The notes beneath the pieces were generated by a model. That model made no database searches and was not told the DNA's origin. It saw only the letters and a list, made by a program, of their open reading frames with translations. The translations under genes and the position numbers were made by a program. DNA of 64,000 nucleotides from the human T2T-CHM13v2.0 reference genome, Homo sapiens. The stretch lies in NCBI RefSeq assembly GCF_009914755.1, contig NC_060942.1; one strand, given 5' to 3'. Of the stretch, positions 44,201 through 59,927 are shown one piece after another (the stretch's first letter is position 1; every line of letters starts with the position of its first letter).

Positions 44201-45215
44201 AGAGAAAGGAAAACATATGTCTACACAAAAGCTTGTACAAGAATGTTCATAGCAGCAGTATTCATACTAGTCAAGAAAGTATAAAGAAATCAAAATGTGG
44301 TATATCCATACATAGGAAGTTATATAGCAATAAAATGGAATGAAGTGTTAATATTTGCTATAACACAGACGAACTTGGAAAACATTACACTAAATAACTG
44401 AAGCTAGTGATGAAAGGCCAGATACTACATGATCTCATTTATATAAAATATTCAGAATAGGCAAATCCATAAAGACAGAAAGAAAGATTAGTATTTGCTA
44501 AGGGCTGGGAGTTGGAGTAGGGAGAATGATGAGTGATTGCTAGTGTATATAGGTTTTTTTGGTGTAGTGGTAATAAAAATGTCCTCTATTGGATACTGGT
44601 AATAATTGCATAACACTAAATATTCTAAAAAGCACTAAATTGGTTTTCAGAGGGCATAAAGGGGAGGCAGAAGCAGAGGAAGAGAGAGACAGAGAGAATG
44701 AAGGAGAGGGAAGGGATGGACCTTAAAAAAATACGGAGAGAAATGACAGGACATCTAAAACTAATGACAACTAGAATGACAGCTGACTTCACATCAGCAG
44801 GAATAAAAAAATCACCTATGAAAAAAATATATATGTATATGTATATGATAGAGATGCTACTGTAAAAAATAAAATAGGGAAAGGATGGATTGTTTTTTAA
44901 AAATTACTGTTCCATTACCTAGCTATATACGTGATTTGAAACTTAAAACTAGATCCCTGCTCACAACATAGAGAACGTTTAAAGACTAAAATTTGAAAAG
45001 CAAATTTTTAAAATTTAAAATTGTAACATATATTATATATAATTAAAATGTTATTTTCCATATAAACTTTATATACATTATATGTTGTGTGTGTGCATAT
45101 AAAATCATGAAGCGAATATGTAAAAAATAAAACATCTGGGTAATAAGTACCTGATTGCCTCATTGTTCTCTGTACTTTTACTGTGTTTGAAATCTTTTCT
45201 AATTCAAAATAAATA
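41270..45215 (+). mobile_element. Degenerate L1M (L1MB/L1MC-type) fragments; Alu right arm at 42862-43010
   Basis: ORF2-like remnants (ORF 43202-43402: [19 protein letters not shown]) and L1MB-type 3'UTR at 44330-44640. Confidence 0.8.
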
Positions 45216-46728
45216 TGTAAAACCTTCTTTTGAACATCAAAAAAATGAAAAATGTCACATGCTTCTGGTATTATTAACAATTAATGAAGCATAGGTTGCC
45301 CTTTCAATAAGTTTAGCATACATTTAAGGAAGATTTTTTTGTTTTTGTTTTATTCCCCAGGTCCGAAAAGTTAGTTTACAAATTAAATGAATTGATTCAA
45401 AGTAAGTTTGTTGTCCTAAGATACGCTTAAAAGACTGGAAACCAATTATCATTAAAATGACAATGTCTAAAATAGCATTTACCTGTTCCTTTACACATAT
45501 ATGATTTCTTTTCAAATTTACCCCTCACTAAATGTGTGGCTAAGGACTTATGAAGATCATCATGTTACATTTTATATCCACTAGAAAATTTACTTCTTTT
45601 TAGGATGAATATATGGGCATTATAAAAATGAAATTTGCAATTATAAATAGAAGTTATCACTACTATTTACCAAGTATTATTTATTAGTAATTAAATAACC
45701 AATATACTAATACTGAAAGATTTCTAAAAGTTACAGTCCATAGCAACTAGAACAGTAAATAGCATGTAATAATTAGTAACTAATTTTTTATTGGTAAATG
45801 AGTAAATGAACACATATGGGAATACTATTTCGTTTCATTTTCAGGATAATCTTTAAAGAAGGTTTTAATCTCTGGGAGATTAATGAAGTTTTTCTAATTT
45901 ACCCAAGTTCACACTAAGCCATTGTATCTTTTGCAGTTACCTCTTAAACCATCCTCCAATCCAAAGACAAGCGTTCCCTTCCCCAAGCTGCAAGGGTGGC
46001 TGTGGATAGGTCAGCAGTAAAATCCCTGATTGGGCTGTTTTTCTAGTGGGTAGAGATACTGGACCTCCAAAGGTTACTGGAATCGGGTTCTCCCATTTAT
46101 TTCCTGTGAACCTGTGATAGAGGAATTTGGGGATTTTCCCTTTGGAGAGAGTATACACTGATTTCTGTATTCTGTTTTCTCAATTAGTGGAAAACAAAAC
46201 ACCAGAGTTTCTATGTTTCCATTTGCTATTGTTTCATGGGATATATCTCCCTCAGGAACTCATGATGTTAAGTTCATGGAGTCAAGTGGGCCCTGTGATT
46301 TCAGACAATGACCTCTCTCAAGATTTTTATGAATCTCAAGTTAAGTGTTACTCTGTTAAATGACATTCAATTGAGTAATGAAACTTTCAGGCATCTTTAA
46401 TTTCAGAGAATTTTATTAGATTAGGCAATTGTTCTAACTCTTCATATTTTATATCATGTGTAAAGTAAAACTATAAGCCATCAATTTCACTTATTTTGGG
46501 TTGTGATTCATCTAATGAGGAAAGAACAAATTTGAGAAACCGTTTAATTTTACTATACAAAGTTGTTTTAAATATGCAAATAGAAGATCATTTCATACAA
46601 TGCCAAGGGATATAAATTGGAATTTTTGAAAAATAAAAGATCAGAATCCCTAAAAGCTCAGGAAAATAATTTTGCCATATGTGTTTCATTTTAACCAAAG
46701 ACAAGGATGGATTGAGCAGCAATGAAGG

Positions 46729-46804
46729 GCTTTGTATCATTCACCATTCATAAGAAGAGCTCTGTATCATTCACCATTCATAAGAAAAGCTCTACATGAT
46801 TCAC
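46729..46804 (+). repeat. 30-bp tandem repeat, ~2.5 copies
   Basis: gctttgtatcattcaccattcataagaaga / gctctgtatcattcaccattcataagaaaa / gctctacatgattcac. Confidence 0.9.
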
Positions 46805-46983
46805 AGGCATCATTATTCTTTCTCTTTGGCAAAGGGAGAAACAAATGCTCACAAAGTCTAAATAGCTTTTTCATATATCAGAGTAATTAAAAGGAAAAAT
46901 CAAACTAACACAATGTTCTCTTGTGTTGCAAGCTGGAATTCTCATCAAATTGATTCACTTTTTTTAACACCATATTTAAATAT

Positions 46984-47084
46984 TTTTTAATTTTTTTCTT
47001 TTATTATACTTTAAGTTTTAGGGTACATGTGCACAACGTGCAGGTTAGTTACATATGTATACATGTGCCATGTTGGTGTGCTGC
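46984..47084 (-). mobile_element. ~100-bp L1PA 3' terminal fragment
   Basis: ttattatactttaagttttagggtacatgtgcacaacgtgcaggttagttac. Confidence 0.9.
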
Positions 47085-47819
47085 CTGTGTTATCTCTGAC
47101 TCCAAGGAACTTATCATAAATTGTCAATTTTATTATCTCTTTCTCCTGCTCAAAACATTCAATGACTCTCTCATTCATTTTAGCATTCAAGTCAAGGCTA
47201 TCTACAGACTGACCACAACTTATATATTGAGACTAATCTCCCACTAATTGATTTCTGTTTGTTTTCTTGTATATTGTATTCAGTTTTATCTTCCTAAATG
47301 GTGTACCCTAGGATACTTTACTGTTTTTTTTTCCTTCTACTACATTATCAAGAATAACTTAGGACTAGAAATCTTGACTCCTTTCTATTTTAGTTTTATA
47401 ATTTGCAAAATGAAATTGATATTTGCGTTTCTGACATGTTATTGAAATCAAATGAGGCAATGTGTAGGAAAGTTCTTGAGAAAGAAGAAAGCACTTTTGA
47501 ACTGTAAATTATAAGTATTGGCTGTCATTCAAATCCTAGTGTAAACCCTCCTTGTTTGAATAGTTTTTCTTGTTCATTTTAGGCCATAGTGATGACAATA
47601 ACGATTAATACTTTGAGACCAATTACTACAGGCCAGACACATTTCAACAGCTTCACATATTTTCATGTATTTAACCTTCACAACAGTCTTTAGAAGTAGT
47701 TTATATTCTCACCCCCAATTTAAAGTTGAAGAAACCGAGTCACAAAGAGGTCAATAACTTCCCTGAGGTCATTGACATATCTGCTAAATGATGGAAGAGT
47801 AATTCAAATCCTTGCCATC

Positions 47820-48185
47820 TGATATGGTTTGGCTGTGTTTCCACCCAAAGTTCATCCTGAATTTAAGCTCTTTTAATTCTCACGTGTTGTAGGAGGGACC
47901 CAGTGGGAGGTAATTGAATCCTGGGGGCAGGTGTTTCCCTTGCTGTTCTCGTGATGATGAATAAGTCTCACGAGATCTGATGGTTTTATAAGGGGGAGTT
48001 TCTATGCCAAGCTCTTTTTGCCTGCAGCCATCCATGCGAGACGTGACTTGTTCTTCATTGCCTTCCCCCATGATTGTGAGGCCTCCCCACCCATGTGGAA
48101 CTGTGAGTCCATTAAATCTCTTTCCTGTATAAATTGCCCAGTCTCGGGTATGTCTTTATTAGCAGTGTGAAAACGGACTAATACA
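47820..48185 (+). mobile_element. THE1 MaLR solo LTR inserted at the end of a MIR
   Basis: tgatatggtttggctgtg...aaaacggactaataca with 5-bp TSD ccatc; MIR (-) at ~47620-47815. Confidence 0.93.
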
Positions 48186-48419
48186 CCATCTAACTTGAAT
48201 GCCTTATTCAGAATTGTAATGTCAGTGTAATCTGTGTTACTCTTGCTTGCACTTAAACACATGATATAACTACGAATGCTGCTACTACTATTGTTTATCT
48301 CCATAAGTGTATAAATTCTTTGAGAAGAAAATCACACTTCTGTTTATTTTATATAACCTATATGGCAGTATGTAGTATATCTTCATTGATTACTTTATAA
48401 ATATAACCAAATCAGGGAA

Positions 48420-49910
48420 AGATCCTATCTGAGGTTGAGTTTCCTGGGAAATGGGTTATAAAACAGAAATGTAAGTGTGGGAAGGTTATGGGAGATCACT
48501 TTGGGGAATAAAGTCTGTGAAGGAGTAAAGGAAGGAGAACTGGGTGGAGGGAGAATATTAACTGCAACAAAACTGCATTAACTGGTCACAACAAAAGCCG
48601 CAGCAAATGCCAAGGAGGAATCAGAGTTGTCCCAACTGAGGCAACAGGATAGTACTTTGTATCCTTGTTTCTATCAGTCATTATATATGGGTTTTCTTTC
48701 ACCCCTAATCTCAGGAAGTGAGTGACCTTAAGGCAGGTCTGGCTGGCTAAAATGACTCAGCTGTAAGCCATTAGCTGCAAACACTCCTAGCAGCTGGGAG
48801 GTGGCGTGCCACACCGTTCTCTCCAGTTGATATCTTGTACCACTCAAATCCACTTGGGTTGTATGATAAGGTTACACCATCTATAGAAATAGTTTGTCTA
48901 GAACTATTATATATATAGATATAGTTTGTTGGTCTCATTTCCTGGGAAACTTACAAAGAGTTATAGTGGTACGTTCTGCAACTCCAAGTGCTGAAGCAGA
49001 ACTCATCAACTCCTTCCATTCTAGATTCCTTTCACGCACAGCAGGCATCTCTGTTTACCTGGTGCAGCAGCCTAGATCCTCATTAGGTCTCTGAAACCCT
49101 GTTCACAAAGCCCTTATCACACTGTGGCTGCTGAACTTGTCCATTTACCATCATAATCCACCAAGGGAGTAGAAAGAGACAACCCACTGGATCACCTGGA
49201 TGCTAAGTGTATTCTTCCCTTTTCCCATTTTACCTCCTCCTGATGATCAATTGCCAGGATGGTGAATCCTTTCTTTGTTTCTGGGTTTTATGGCATAAGA
49301 AGCCTGACGTAATCAGAAAGCAGCTGCAGTTTAACGGTTATCTTGCTGTGTGCCTTGATTAAAGCAGTTTCTCTTTGGGAACTAGGAACTTTGAGCCTAC
49401 ACAGACCAAGCTGTGAGGTGGGAAGCAGAAAATCCCTAGTGGTTCTGAGAGTGATAGTAACTGGGCCCCTAATATCCCATGCTTCCTGAACTCATGTATT
49501 CTATGTATTGGTGACATGGTACTGTAGGAGGGTTGCTGGATTTTGCTGGACACTTCCTCCTGAAGGATGGTGATCTGTCCTCACGGGGTATAACTCCTAG
49601 CTGCCCCTCTGCGGGCCTCCACCAGATTTTTCCATTGCTCCATTAGGCTGGGAGCAAGTAGGCAATGCACGTAGGCAATGAGAACTTAGATCCAATGGTT
49701 GCATGCTACTGCGCCTCCTTTGCTAGATAAAGTGAGTTATTCAGCCTGAGACAATGTTATGTGGAATCCTGTGTTAACAACAACAAAATCATCTCTGAGA
49801 GTGGTGCTGATAAAGGCACTGTCGTCAGAAAAGGAAAGCCATACCTGGCATATCTCTCTCTCCTGGCGTATATGTCTCTCCCTGCTCCTTTGAGGGTTGT
49901 AGTCACCCAA
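48420..49910 (-). mobile_element. LTR16-like LTR with adjoining ERVL-type internal sequence
   Basis: LTR16-like gagtttcctgggaaa...gcaaacactcctagcagctggga; downstream ERVL pol/dUTPase-like motifs (cttgtccatttaccatc, ggatcacctgga). Confidence 0.55.
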
Positions 49911-50216
49911 ACTAATCTATTTGACACTAAGATATTTTTAAAAATATATCTCTTATAATTCTAGCAATCTAATAAGGGAAATAGTCATTAAAATTAAAAA
50001 TTACAAGACATTGGGATTGATAAACTAAGTTCGCTTAAGAAAGAATTGATCTCTTGTGTTTGAGGATTTAGACAAGTGGAGTTACATGAGATGGACATTT
50101 TAATTGGTCAGTATGTTCCTGATGAAGTGAACATTGATGTTAGGAAAATGAAGTGTCATTACTGAAGGTCCTGAAATGTAAACATGCTGAATGCAGTGCA
50201 TGAATTCACTGAATTG

Positions 50217-50217
<1 letters not shown>

Positions 50218-50260
<43 letters not shown>
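50218..50260. repeat. (TG)n microsatellite, ~21 units
   Basis: Directly visible. Confidence 0.97.
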
Positions 50261-50263
<3 letters not shown>

Positions 50264-51337
50264 CCCAATCCAAGTTAGTCCCCAATAGTCTCCAATCTCA
50301 TTTTCACTCTGAAACATTCTGGTTAAAAAATCCCTAGTACTGCTTAGAACTGAGTAGGTCATTAAGAAAAGTGATGTCTAATTATTGTTCCCCCAGTTGA
50401 AAATATTGCATTCTTAAGATGGAAAATATGGTTTGTGGGAATTTTGGTAATAAGAGGTTGCCAGAAAAGTGAAGCTCACTGAAATATAATTTTCTTATTT
50501 GATTCATGCAGGTTTATATTCTATGATTACGAAATCATTTCATGCTAAATTTAGTTTTGAGCCTAAGTTTTGTTTTCTAATATTTTGTAGAACTTGGATT
50601 TTGAAGATTCCATAATGATTGTAAATGCTGAATGCAATATTTTATCATGATTATCCACCTCAGGAAAATATAATTATGTCTCTGGAAACTCTAATTAGTA
50701 TGTAAAATAGATTTAACAAAAAAGAAAAAGAAGGGCAAAGAATAGAAATCACCTCTTTTGTGCAGTTTCTTAGTTTGAATGAGACAAGCAGTTTTTTTGT
50801 CTTATGCCAAAAAATGGATTTATAATTTTCATTAGAATCATAAAGTGTTAAGTATATTTAATTAATGGAAATATGTGATAGAAAATATCCAGAAAAAAAC
50901 TGTGGAATTTCAAATAATACAAATACATTGTTTAAGATTAAATATACGATAATCTTTAGAATACATAAATTTAACTTTAAATGGCAACATTTCAATAAAC
51001 AAAGAGAAGGTAAGTAGCCATTTTTTTTCATTTATTTTACAATTCAACGTACATGCACTTAAGTAAAAATATTTAAAAATATAAAAATCAGATAATGCTT
51101 GGTTTATAACATTTTGTTATCAAAATTAAATTTTATAAATAAAATGTTATAATTTTCACATGTGGACTTTTCCTTAATTTCTAAAATTATACATGTAGGT
51201 TATGTTGTTTTTGTAGTTTAACCAATATTGAAATCTATAAAAAGAGTATTCTCTCTATAATTTCACCTCCTTGGAATTTGCTGTTTGATTTCTAAATAAA
51301 CAATTTCTTCTATTTTCATTAAAATGCACTCATTTTC

Positions 51338-51695
<358 letters not shown>

Positions 51696-52517
51696 TTAGA
51701 GTACAACTTTTTTTTTGTCTTTCATATCGCTAATATTAACGAGAGTGATGTACATGGTGTATTTTTAAATGATTCCTTTTTAAAAATTATGTAATATTAA
51801 ATGATAATTGAGCTACCACTAATTATGTAACCAATTTCACTTGCTGGATGAGGAGGTGTTTCTCATTTCTTGCCACTAGAAACATTTGTAACAGATGCCC
51901 TATAGATTTTGCACAGTGGAAAGGCATTATGTCCCTAGATATTTTTAACTGCAAATATTCTTTAGAGTACAAAGACACAGAAAGAATGGGTAAGCCCAGT
52001 TTGAACTATAAAAACCAGGCAGGAGCAACAACAATCTCTCATGGAATCCAAGAATAAAAAATCTGTAGAATAGAAATAACTATAGTAATTGTATACATTT
52101 TGAGTGCTGATAGATACTATGCTATTTCCCAAAAACTGTAAAAATGAACAACAATGCGTAAGAAAAATCTAGTTACTTGGGAACAGAAAATGTGGCATGA
52201 AAAAGAGTAACAGGAAATGGCACTAAGTTTTATCACACGTATACTATGTACCAGTTACTTTCACTTAAATGAACAAGTTTAGTGTTCACAATGACCTTGG
52301 AGTTTATTCTCAGGAGGATGATACAGTCCACATTTTGGAGATGAGATAACTGCTCTAGGAAAGTTTTAAATTATTTCACAGGCCATGAGTAGTAGAAATG
52401 AGTTCTAACTCATTTCTGTCTGACTCTTAAGGCTTCCTCTTCCAAGGATTGATTCTGAGTTACTATTTGTAAAGGCTAATAAGGCTATATTTAAGATTTA
52501 TAGTTTTACATTAAATG

Positions 52518-52605
52518 GGATGACCATACATCTTGCATGTCCAGGACAGTTCTGGTTTATGCCTGTCATAGTTTTTAATAGTGTCCCTTTCATTCTCAAA
52601 GTGTT
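52518..52605 (+). mobile_element. MER94-like hAT-Blackjack fragment
   Basis: gggatgaccata...caggacagttctggtttatgcctgt...ttaatagtgtccctttcattctcaaagtgt. Confidence 0.7.
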
Positions 52606-52827
52606 TAAATAAAAGGTGAAATATTTGTCTTACTTAAAGAGGACCTTCCCAGGTAAATTTCCAGGGTACGAGGCCACTTACCTGATGAGAGAAGAGACTG
52701 TCACCAGGTGTGATCACAGAGGAAGAGTAAGGGGTGCCAAAAACAGAAATGTACGAATTCTGTTCCTGTTCCACTTTACTAAGTGTGTCTATTTCCTCCT
52801 GGGCTTGTGCCTTTGATTGGGAAGGGA

Positions 52828-53098
52828 TTTTTTTTTTTTTTCCATTTTTTAGACGGAGTCTCACTCTGTCGCCAGGCTGGAGTGCAGTGGCTCAATGGCG
52901 TGATCTCGGCTCACTGCACCCTCTGACTCCCTGGTTCAAGCGATTCTCCTGCCTCAGCCTCCCGAGTAGCTGGGACTACAGGCAAGTGCCACCACGCCCA
53001 GCTAATTTTTGTATTTTCAGTAGAGACGGGGTTTCACCATGTTGGCCAGGATAGTCTTGATCTCCTGACCTCGTGATCCGCCGGCCTCGGTCTCCCAA
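52828..53098 (-). mobile_element. AluSc-like SINE, slightly 5'-truncated
   Basis: Antisense Alu; TSD gggaagggatttt. Confidence 0.94.
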
Positions 53099-53573
53099 GG
53101 GAAGGGATTTTACCTAAGCCTGAGATAAAGAAAAACTGGTCTGGGTTCTGGGGCTTTTGGACTTAGCCTACATGAGTGTAGCTCTCAGGTGTCTGGCAAG
53201 AGGTTGACACATCCTCACAAATAACTGTAGAGGATGATAGAACATGCTCTGTGGGAGAAATAAAAGAGAAATGATTGATTTCAGTGGAGCAAGAGAGAAG
53301 CTGTAGTTTATAGGTACCAGATGACTGGGAGCGATTGGGAATTTGTGCTGAATATTAATAGTTTGGTAGAATTTTGACTTGAGAAGGAATAGAGTTAAGA
53401 ACACTCATCTCATTCAAAGGAGGACACTAGATTTCAAATATCTGCATCAAAAAATGAGTATTATGAACAAATTGAGGCCAATACATGCCATCCCGAGAAT
53501 GGAAAAATGTATATCACCAAACTCTTTATAAATCTCGCCTACTGATTGTGTTAATAATTTGTTTTTTATACAG

Positions 53574-54232
<659 letters not shown>

Positions 54233-54458
54233 TAATTTTATTATTTCACTATCCTGTTAAAAAAAATCCCTTTAAAAGTGATAATCTGATTTTCCTAAAA
54301 TACACTGTAAGAGGAAAAAACAGTGTTTTGAATATCAAATTGTCAAAAAACACTTGATTTTTCTAGTCTAGTAAACAAAGTGAAAGCAACTGATTCTACT
54401 GAGTTAATTTCTTGAATTTCATCATCTGTAAGCTTCTTACACAGGATTGTAAATACAA

Positions 54459-54474
54459 TAGCGCCCTCTATGGC
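54459..54474 (-). promoter_or_regulatory. Candidate CTCF motif
   Basis: Minus strand GCCATAGAGGGCGCTA; 3' part matches the CTCF core YAGRKGGCGCT, 5' part is imperfect. Confidence 0.35.
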
Positions 54475-55718
54475 TCATTCTCTGTGCAGAATTCCAGCAT
54501 TTGAAACGAAGAAGGCAAAATTGTTCTTAGATTTATGACTGTTCTCAAAATAAAAAAGTAGTTATATAATCTTTTAATCTAAATTATGTAAATCTGAATA
54601 TGTAATACTTTTAAAATAAATATATTTTCTGGTCTCCTAAGAAAATGAATGTCATAAATAGGGTCCTGGAAAAATTTTAAGGTGTATACATTACATTTAA
54701 ATATTATTTAGATATTTCCAAAACTGCATTTGAATTACAAAAACAATTGGAGTTCTCTTCTTTAAAAATGTAATCTCTAAAGTTTGTCATGTGCTTAGAA
54801 CTAATGGAACTAGATTTTCAGAAAGGTTCCTCTGATATTAAAATCTTTCTCTCTGAAACCAAGTCACTCTCCAGTTGCCAGCTGCTATTAGTACTCATTA
54901 CTTAATATCTTAATCTATTTAGAAATACCATTCTTTTCTGGATGATTTCTCCTAGTAAAAGTGACATAGCTGTTTCATTTGACAGACTCCATTTTTTTAA
55001 CAACAAATGTACTTCAAATATTTTGATTTTAAAGGATTTTGATGTGTGATTAAGAGACATGTTAAGCAAAACCAATTCAGTTAGTTCCGAACTTGGTGAA
55101 TTTTCATTGTGGCCGAATCTATATGTATCAACAGTTTCCATTAGATGTGAGACTTTTTTCTCAGCTTTAGAGACATTGTTTTCATAGCAAAACCTTCAAT
55201 TCTTACAGAAGCAGTTCAGAGGCGTAAATGAATTTAGGAAAACAAAAAGAGATAATGGATTCACTCCAGATTATTATTATTAAGTGCTTAATATATATCA
55301 CTGCTTCTCTGGGAACTGGAGCCACAGAAGTGAATAAGCTTAGAACATCATAGCTCTCATGGGGAGGTGAGAGGGGGGTGTCCAGACAATCAACAGATCA
55401 AGAATGAAATTGATTTTGTACTTTCCAATACTTTTGAGTGTCCTGAGGAGTTCAAACATAGTGGCATGACAGAGAATGATGGGGTTAGGATAGTTGGGAG
55501 TAGGCACTTTAGATTGGATGCTGTTAGAAGACAATTCTGAGATGAGGAGATAGAAATACTCAGTGTTACATCAGGACTATTAGTGTGGAATTATTTCAGT
55601 ATAATTTTTGTTATTCTCTGCTCCACAGGATAAAAGCCAGGAAGCAGTGGACACCGATATGAGGAAAACTTAAGATTATAAATGGTTGTTATTTTTAATA
55701 TTTTACCATTGGATTTAA

Positions 55719-56096
<378 letters not shown>

Positions 56097-56937
56097 TCAT
56101 TTACTGCTTTTTGAAGAGTTGAACTAATTAAATACTCTGAAAGTGAAAGTATCAGATTTCTCCCATTGGAATCTAATATAACATGACTCTCAAAATTTTT
56201 TAAAGTATAAATCTAACCCTGAATACTTATTCTTTTGTCCATGAAAGATTATCAAATATTTTATTTACCTTGTACATATAAATTAATAAAAGTAAAGATA
56301 CAATATGTGAAACCACATACATATTTAACAAAAGCAAGTGCAGACTATTACTGTGGAGAAAATGGAAGCAATGTGAGCCTATGGTTTGCTTGGTTTCCTG
56401 CTTAGAGGTGATCTGAATTGCAGACATAGGAAGAAAGCACTTAAACATTGCTCAGAAACTTCACTAAATAAAAGAGAAGGAAATTAGTGTTTGGGGAAGC
56501 TGAGGTAGCTAGAAATCTTGACAAGGAGTCTCACGATAGAGTGAGGTGCTCAGCAGAAAAAAAAAATAAAGAAATCTGCATAAATTCTCTGGGAGTAGTA
56601 GGCCATACATACGTAACTTGAAACTGCACCAGGATAGACAAAGAACTCACACAGGGTAGAGAAATATTTGAGGTCCCACCAGCTGAAGTGGAGAATACAT
56701 AGTGATCATTTAGTATTTAGTTATAGTGTTGATTATATTTAGAACGATGGCTACTCTAAACCTGCCCTACCAAAGCTTTAAAAACAGATCCCAAAGGCAT
56801 CAAACTAATACACAAGTAGATTAATGATCCAAAAAAACAAAACCAGACATTCTGTAAAGAAAACAAAAATGTAATATTCAGAACATCTTGGATCCAATTA
56901 TTACTGGACATCCTAGGAAACAGAAAAATATAACTCA

Positions 56938-57368
<431 letters not shown>

Positions 57369-57463
57369 TCAATAGAAATAGACCCAGAAATGAAAGATAT
57401 GCATATGTGTCTATTAAGGGAGCTATTTAAGTAATTCAAGTATTTTAAGAAAAGAGTGAATGA

Positions 57464-58728
57464 TGATGACAATGGCAGTGGCTGCTGCCATCATGACAGC
57501 TGCAACAGGAAAGCGCGGCTGGGGCTGCACACTCCATGGAGCCATTGGGAGCCCTGCCCCTTCTGAGTTGGGACAGGAGCTCCCCTGCCAATGCAGCTGC
57601 CCAAACTGCAGCTGCAGACCCAGGCTTCCTTCTCTATGCAGCAAGCAGGAGCCCTGCCTTCCTGGGTGGGGCCACAGCCGCCCAAATTACAGCTGTGGAT
57701 CTGAGCCTCCCTGTGCTCTTGGGGGAGCTGGGAACAGGCAGGATCTGCCTTCCTGGGTGCAGCTGCAGCCATGGCATCCTCAGCTGCAGACCTGGGCCTC
57801 TTGCTCCAGGAAGCAGGCAGGAGCTGGGGACAAGTGGGAGCCCTGCATCTTCCAAGGTGGCCGGGTAGGAGCTCCTGGGTGGAGCTGCGGCTGTCCTCCC
57901 CGGTGCAGGACCCTGGCATCTCTGCAGCCTGCACCTTCGGGCACCCCAGTAAGGCCCTTGCTGTCCCTGCAGGCTTACATATCGGATCCTACTATCTGGC
58001 CTCTCTCCACTCCCAGCATCCTCTCCGATTTCGGAGTGGGGTTGGGGCTAAGCCCCGGGGCCATGAATGGCAACAGGTGGCAGACAGAGTCCTGGGCAGA
58101 AGGGGGCAGAGTCCCCAGTACGGCCCCACCCTTAGGCCAGGGAGGGCCTGAAGACTGGGGCTGGGCTTCCAGTCCCAAGGACTGGAGTGGGAACTCATGG
58201 TACCTCTTCTGGACCCACTTATGGCTGCCCATGGATCAATCTGCACACACTTCCTCCCTTCTGAGGTGCATAAAGGCCCTGGGCTCAGCCAGAGCAGGGC
58301 AGAGGATGGCCAGAGGATAAGGAGAGCAGAGGATAGAGAGACTGTTGGAGTACCCTCTCCCCTGATAGCTGGAGGAGATGGAATGTGCAGCTGCAGAGAA
58401 TAGTACCCTCTCTGCTGAGAGCAGCAGCTGCAGTGGAGAGCTTCAGAGACCTGCAGCGACATCTGAATTACTTGCCTGTAGAGAGGAGCTACCCTCTCCA
58501 GGGCCTCCTCCCTGCTGAGAGCTGAACACTCAAGAGGAGAACCTGCCTACAGAGAGGAGCTACCCACTCCTCTGAGCCATTCTAAGACTAAATAAAACTC
58601 TTCTTCTTCACCCTTCACTTGTCTGTGTACGTCATTCTTCCCGGACACAGGACAAGAACTCAGGCAAAGGCACTGTGGCCACAGAGGTTTCCAGCTAGAA
58701 AAATCGACACCCTAGTGATCCTATAACA
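57464..58728 (+). mobile_element. MER52-family ERV1 solo LTR (MER52C-like)
   Basis: GC-rich LTR tgatgac...gcagctgcagacccagg...agagaggagctaccc...ggccacagaggtttcc...gatcctataaca; 4-bp TSD atga. Confidence 0.85.
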
Positions 58729-59927
58729 ATGAGTAGAAAAATGAAAGCTATATGGATCAACTGAAATTTTTGGAAGCAGAAGTGCAATATTTAAAATAAA
58801 ATTTTTATTGACTAGAATGACAGCAAAACAGAAGCCAAAGGAAAAAAAACATCAGTGACATTGAATAAATGAACCACAGGGAGGAATAAAAGACTGAAAA
58901 ATGATGAGTCTCAGTGAATCGTGGGAGTACTTTAAGTGTTCTTTAACAAGTGTGATTGCATTCAAATAATAACGATATGGTACAACAGATAAAATGTTTG
59001 AAGAAATAATAACTGAATGCAATAAATCCACACAAGAAGTTTGATGACCCCCTAGCAAGAATACCCAAACACACACACATGAATAAAGCACAAGGCACAT
59101 CATCAGTGTACTGAAACTAATGATAAAGAAAATATCTTGAAAGTAACAAGAGGAAAATTAAGACATATTTTATACAGAAGAAAAATAAAAGAATGACAGT
59201 GATGTCTCAGAAAATATGAATGTATGGCAACACCATCTTTAAAGTGCAGAAGAAAAACAGTTGTCAACTTATAATTCTATATTTCACAAAAATCTCTATC
59301 AAAATGAAGAGGAAATAAAGACTTCCTAGACTTTAACAAAAGGTTTAAAAAAAAAAAGCTGAATTTTACAAATGTTTAGGCAGAAGCAAATTAATATCAG
59401 ATAAAAGTTTAGATTTACACATGGAATTAGGAAAACTGAGAATAGTACGCATCTAAAAACTAAATGATTTTCTCATTTTCCTGTTGCTTTTAAAAAACAA
59501 TTGACTGTTAAAGCAAAAATAACAATAAAATACTTTTAGATTTTTTAACCTAAGCAGAAATAATGAGTCTAACATTAAAGTCTAAAGGAGCTAAAATAAA
59601 GATCAAATTAAATTCAAAGAAAGTCAAAGGAAATAAATAGGAAAAAAGTAGAAATCAATGAAATAGAAAACACAGAACAGCAGAGAAAATCAAAGAAGTC
59701 AGTGGCTGATTATTTGGAAAACTCAATAAAATTAATAAACCTGTGGCAAGCCTGGGATAAAGACAAAAATAAATATGCAGATTTCAAAAAAAAGGAAAAA
59801 TGGAGAAATTATAGATTTTACAGATATGAAAGGAATGGTAAGAAAACATCATGTAAAATTATGACAGTAAATGTGACAACTTAGATGAGATGAAAAATTT
59901 TTTTGAAATGTAAAAATTATTGTTATC

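Noticed and set aside
46729-46804. 30-bp direct repeats as a possible CRISPR-like array
   Set aside because: Head-to-tail copies with no spacers, only ~2.5 units, in primate DNA; an ordinary microduplication
57460-58320. 286-aa ORF and many overlapping ORFs
   Set aside because: Lie within a GC-rich MER52 LTR where stop codons are scarce; no recognisable domain
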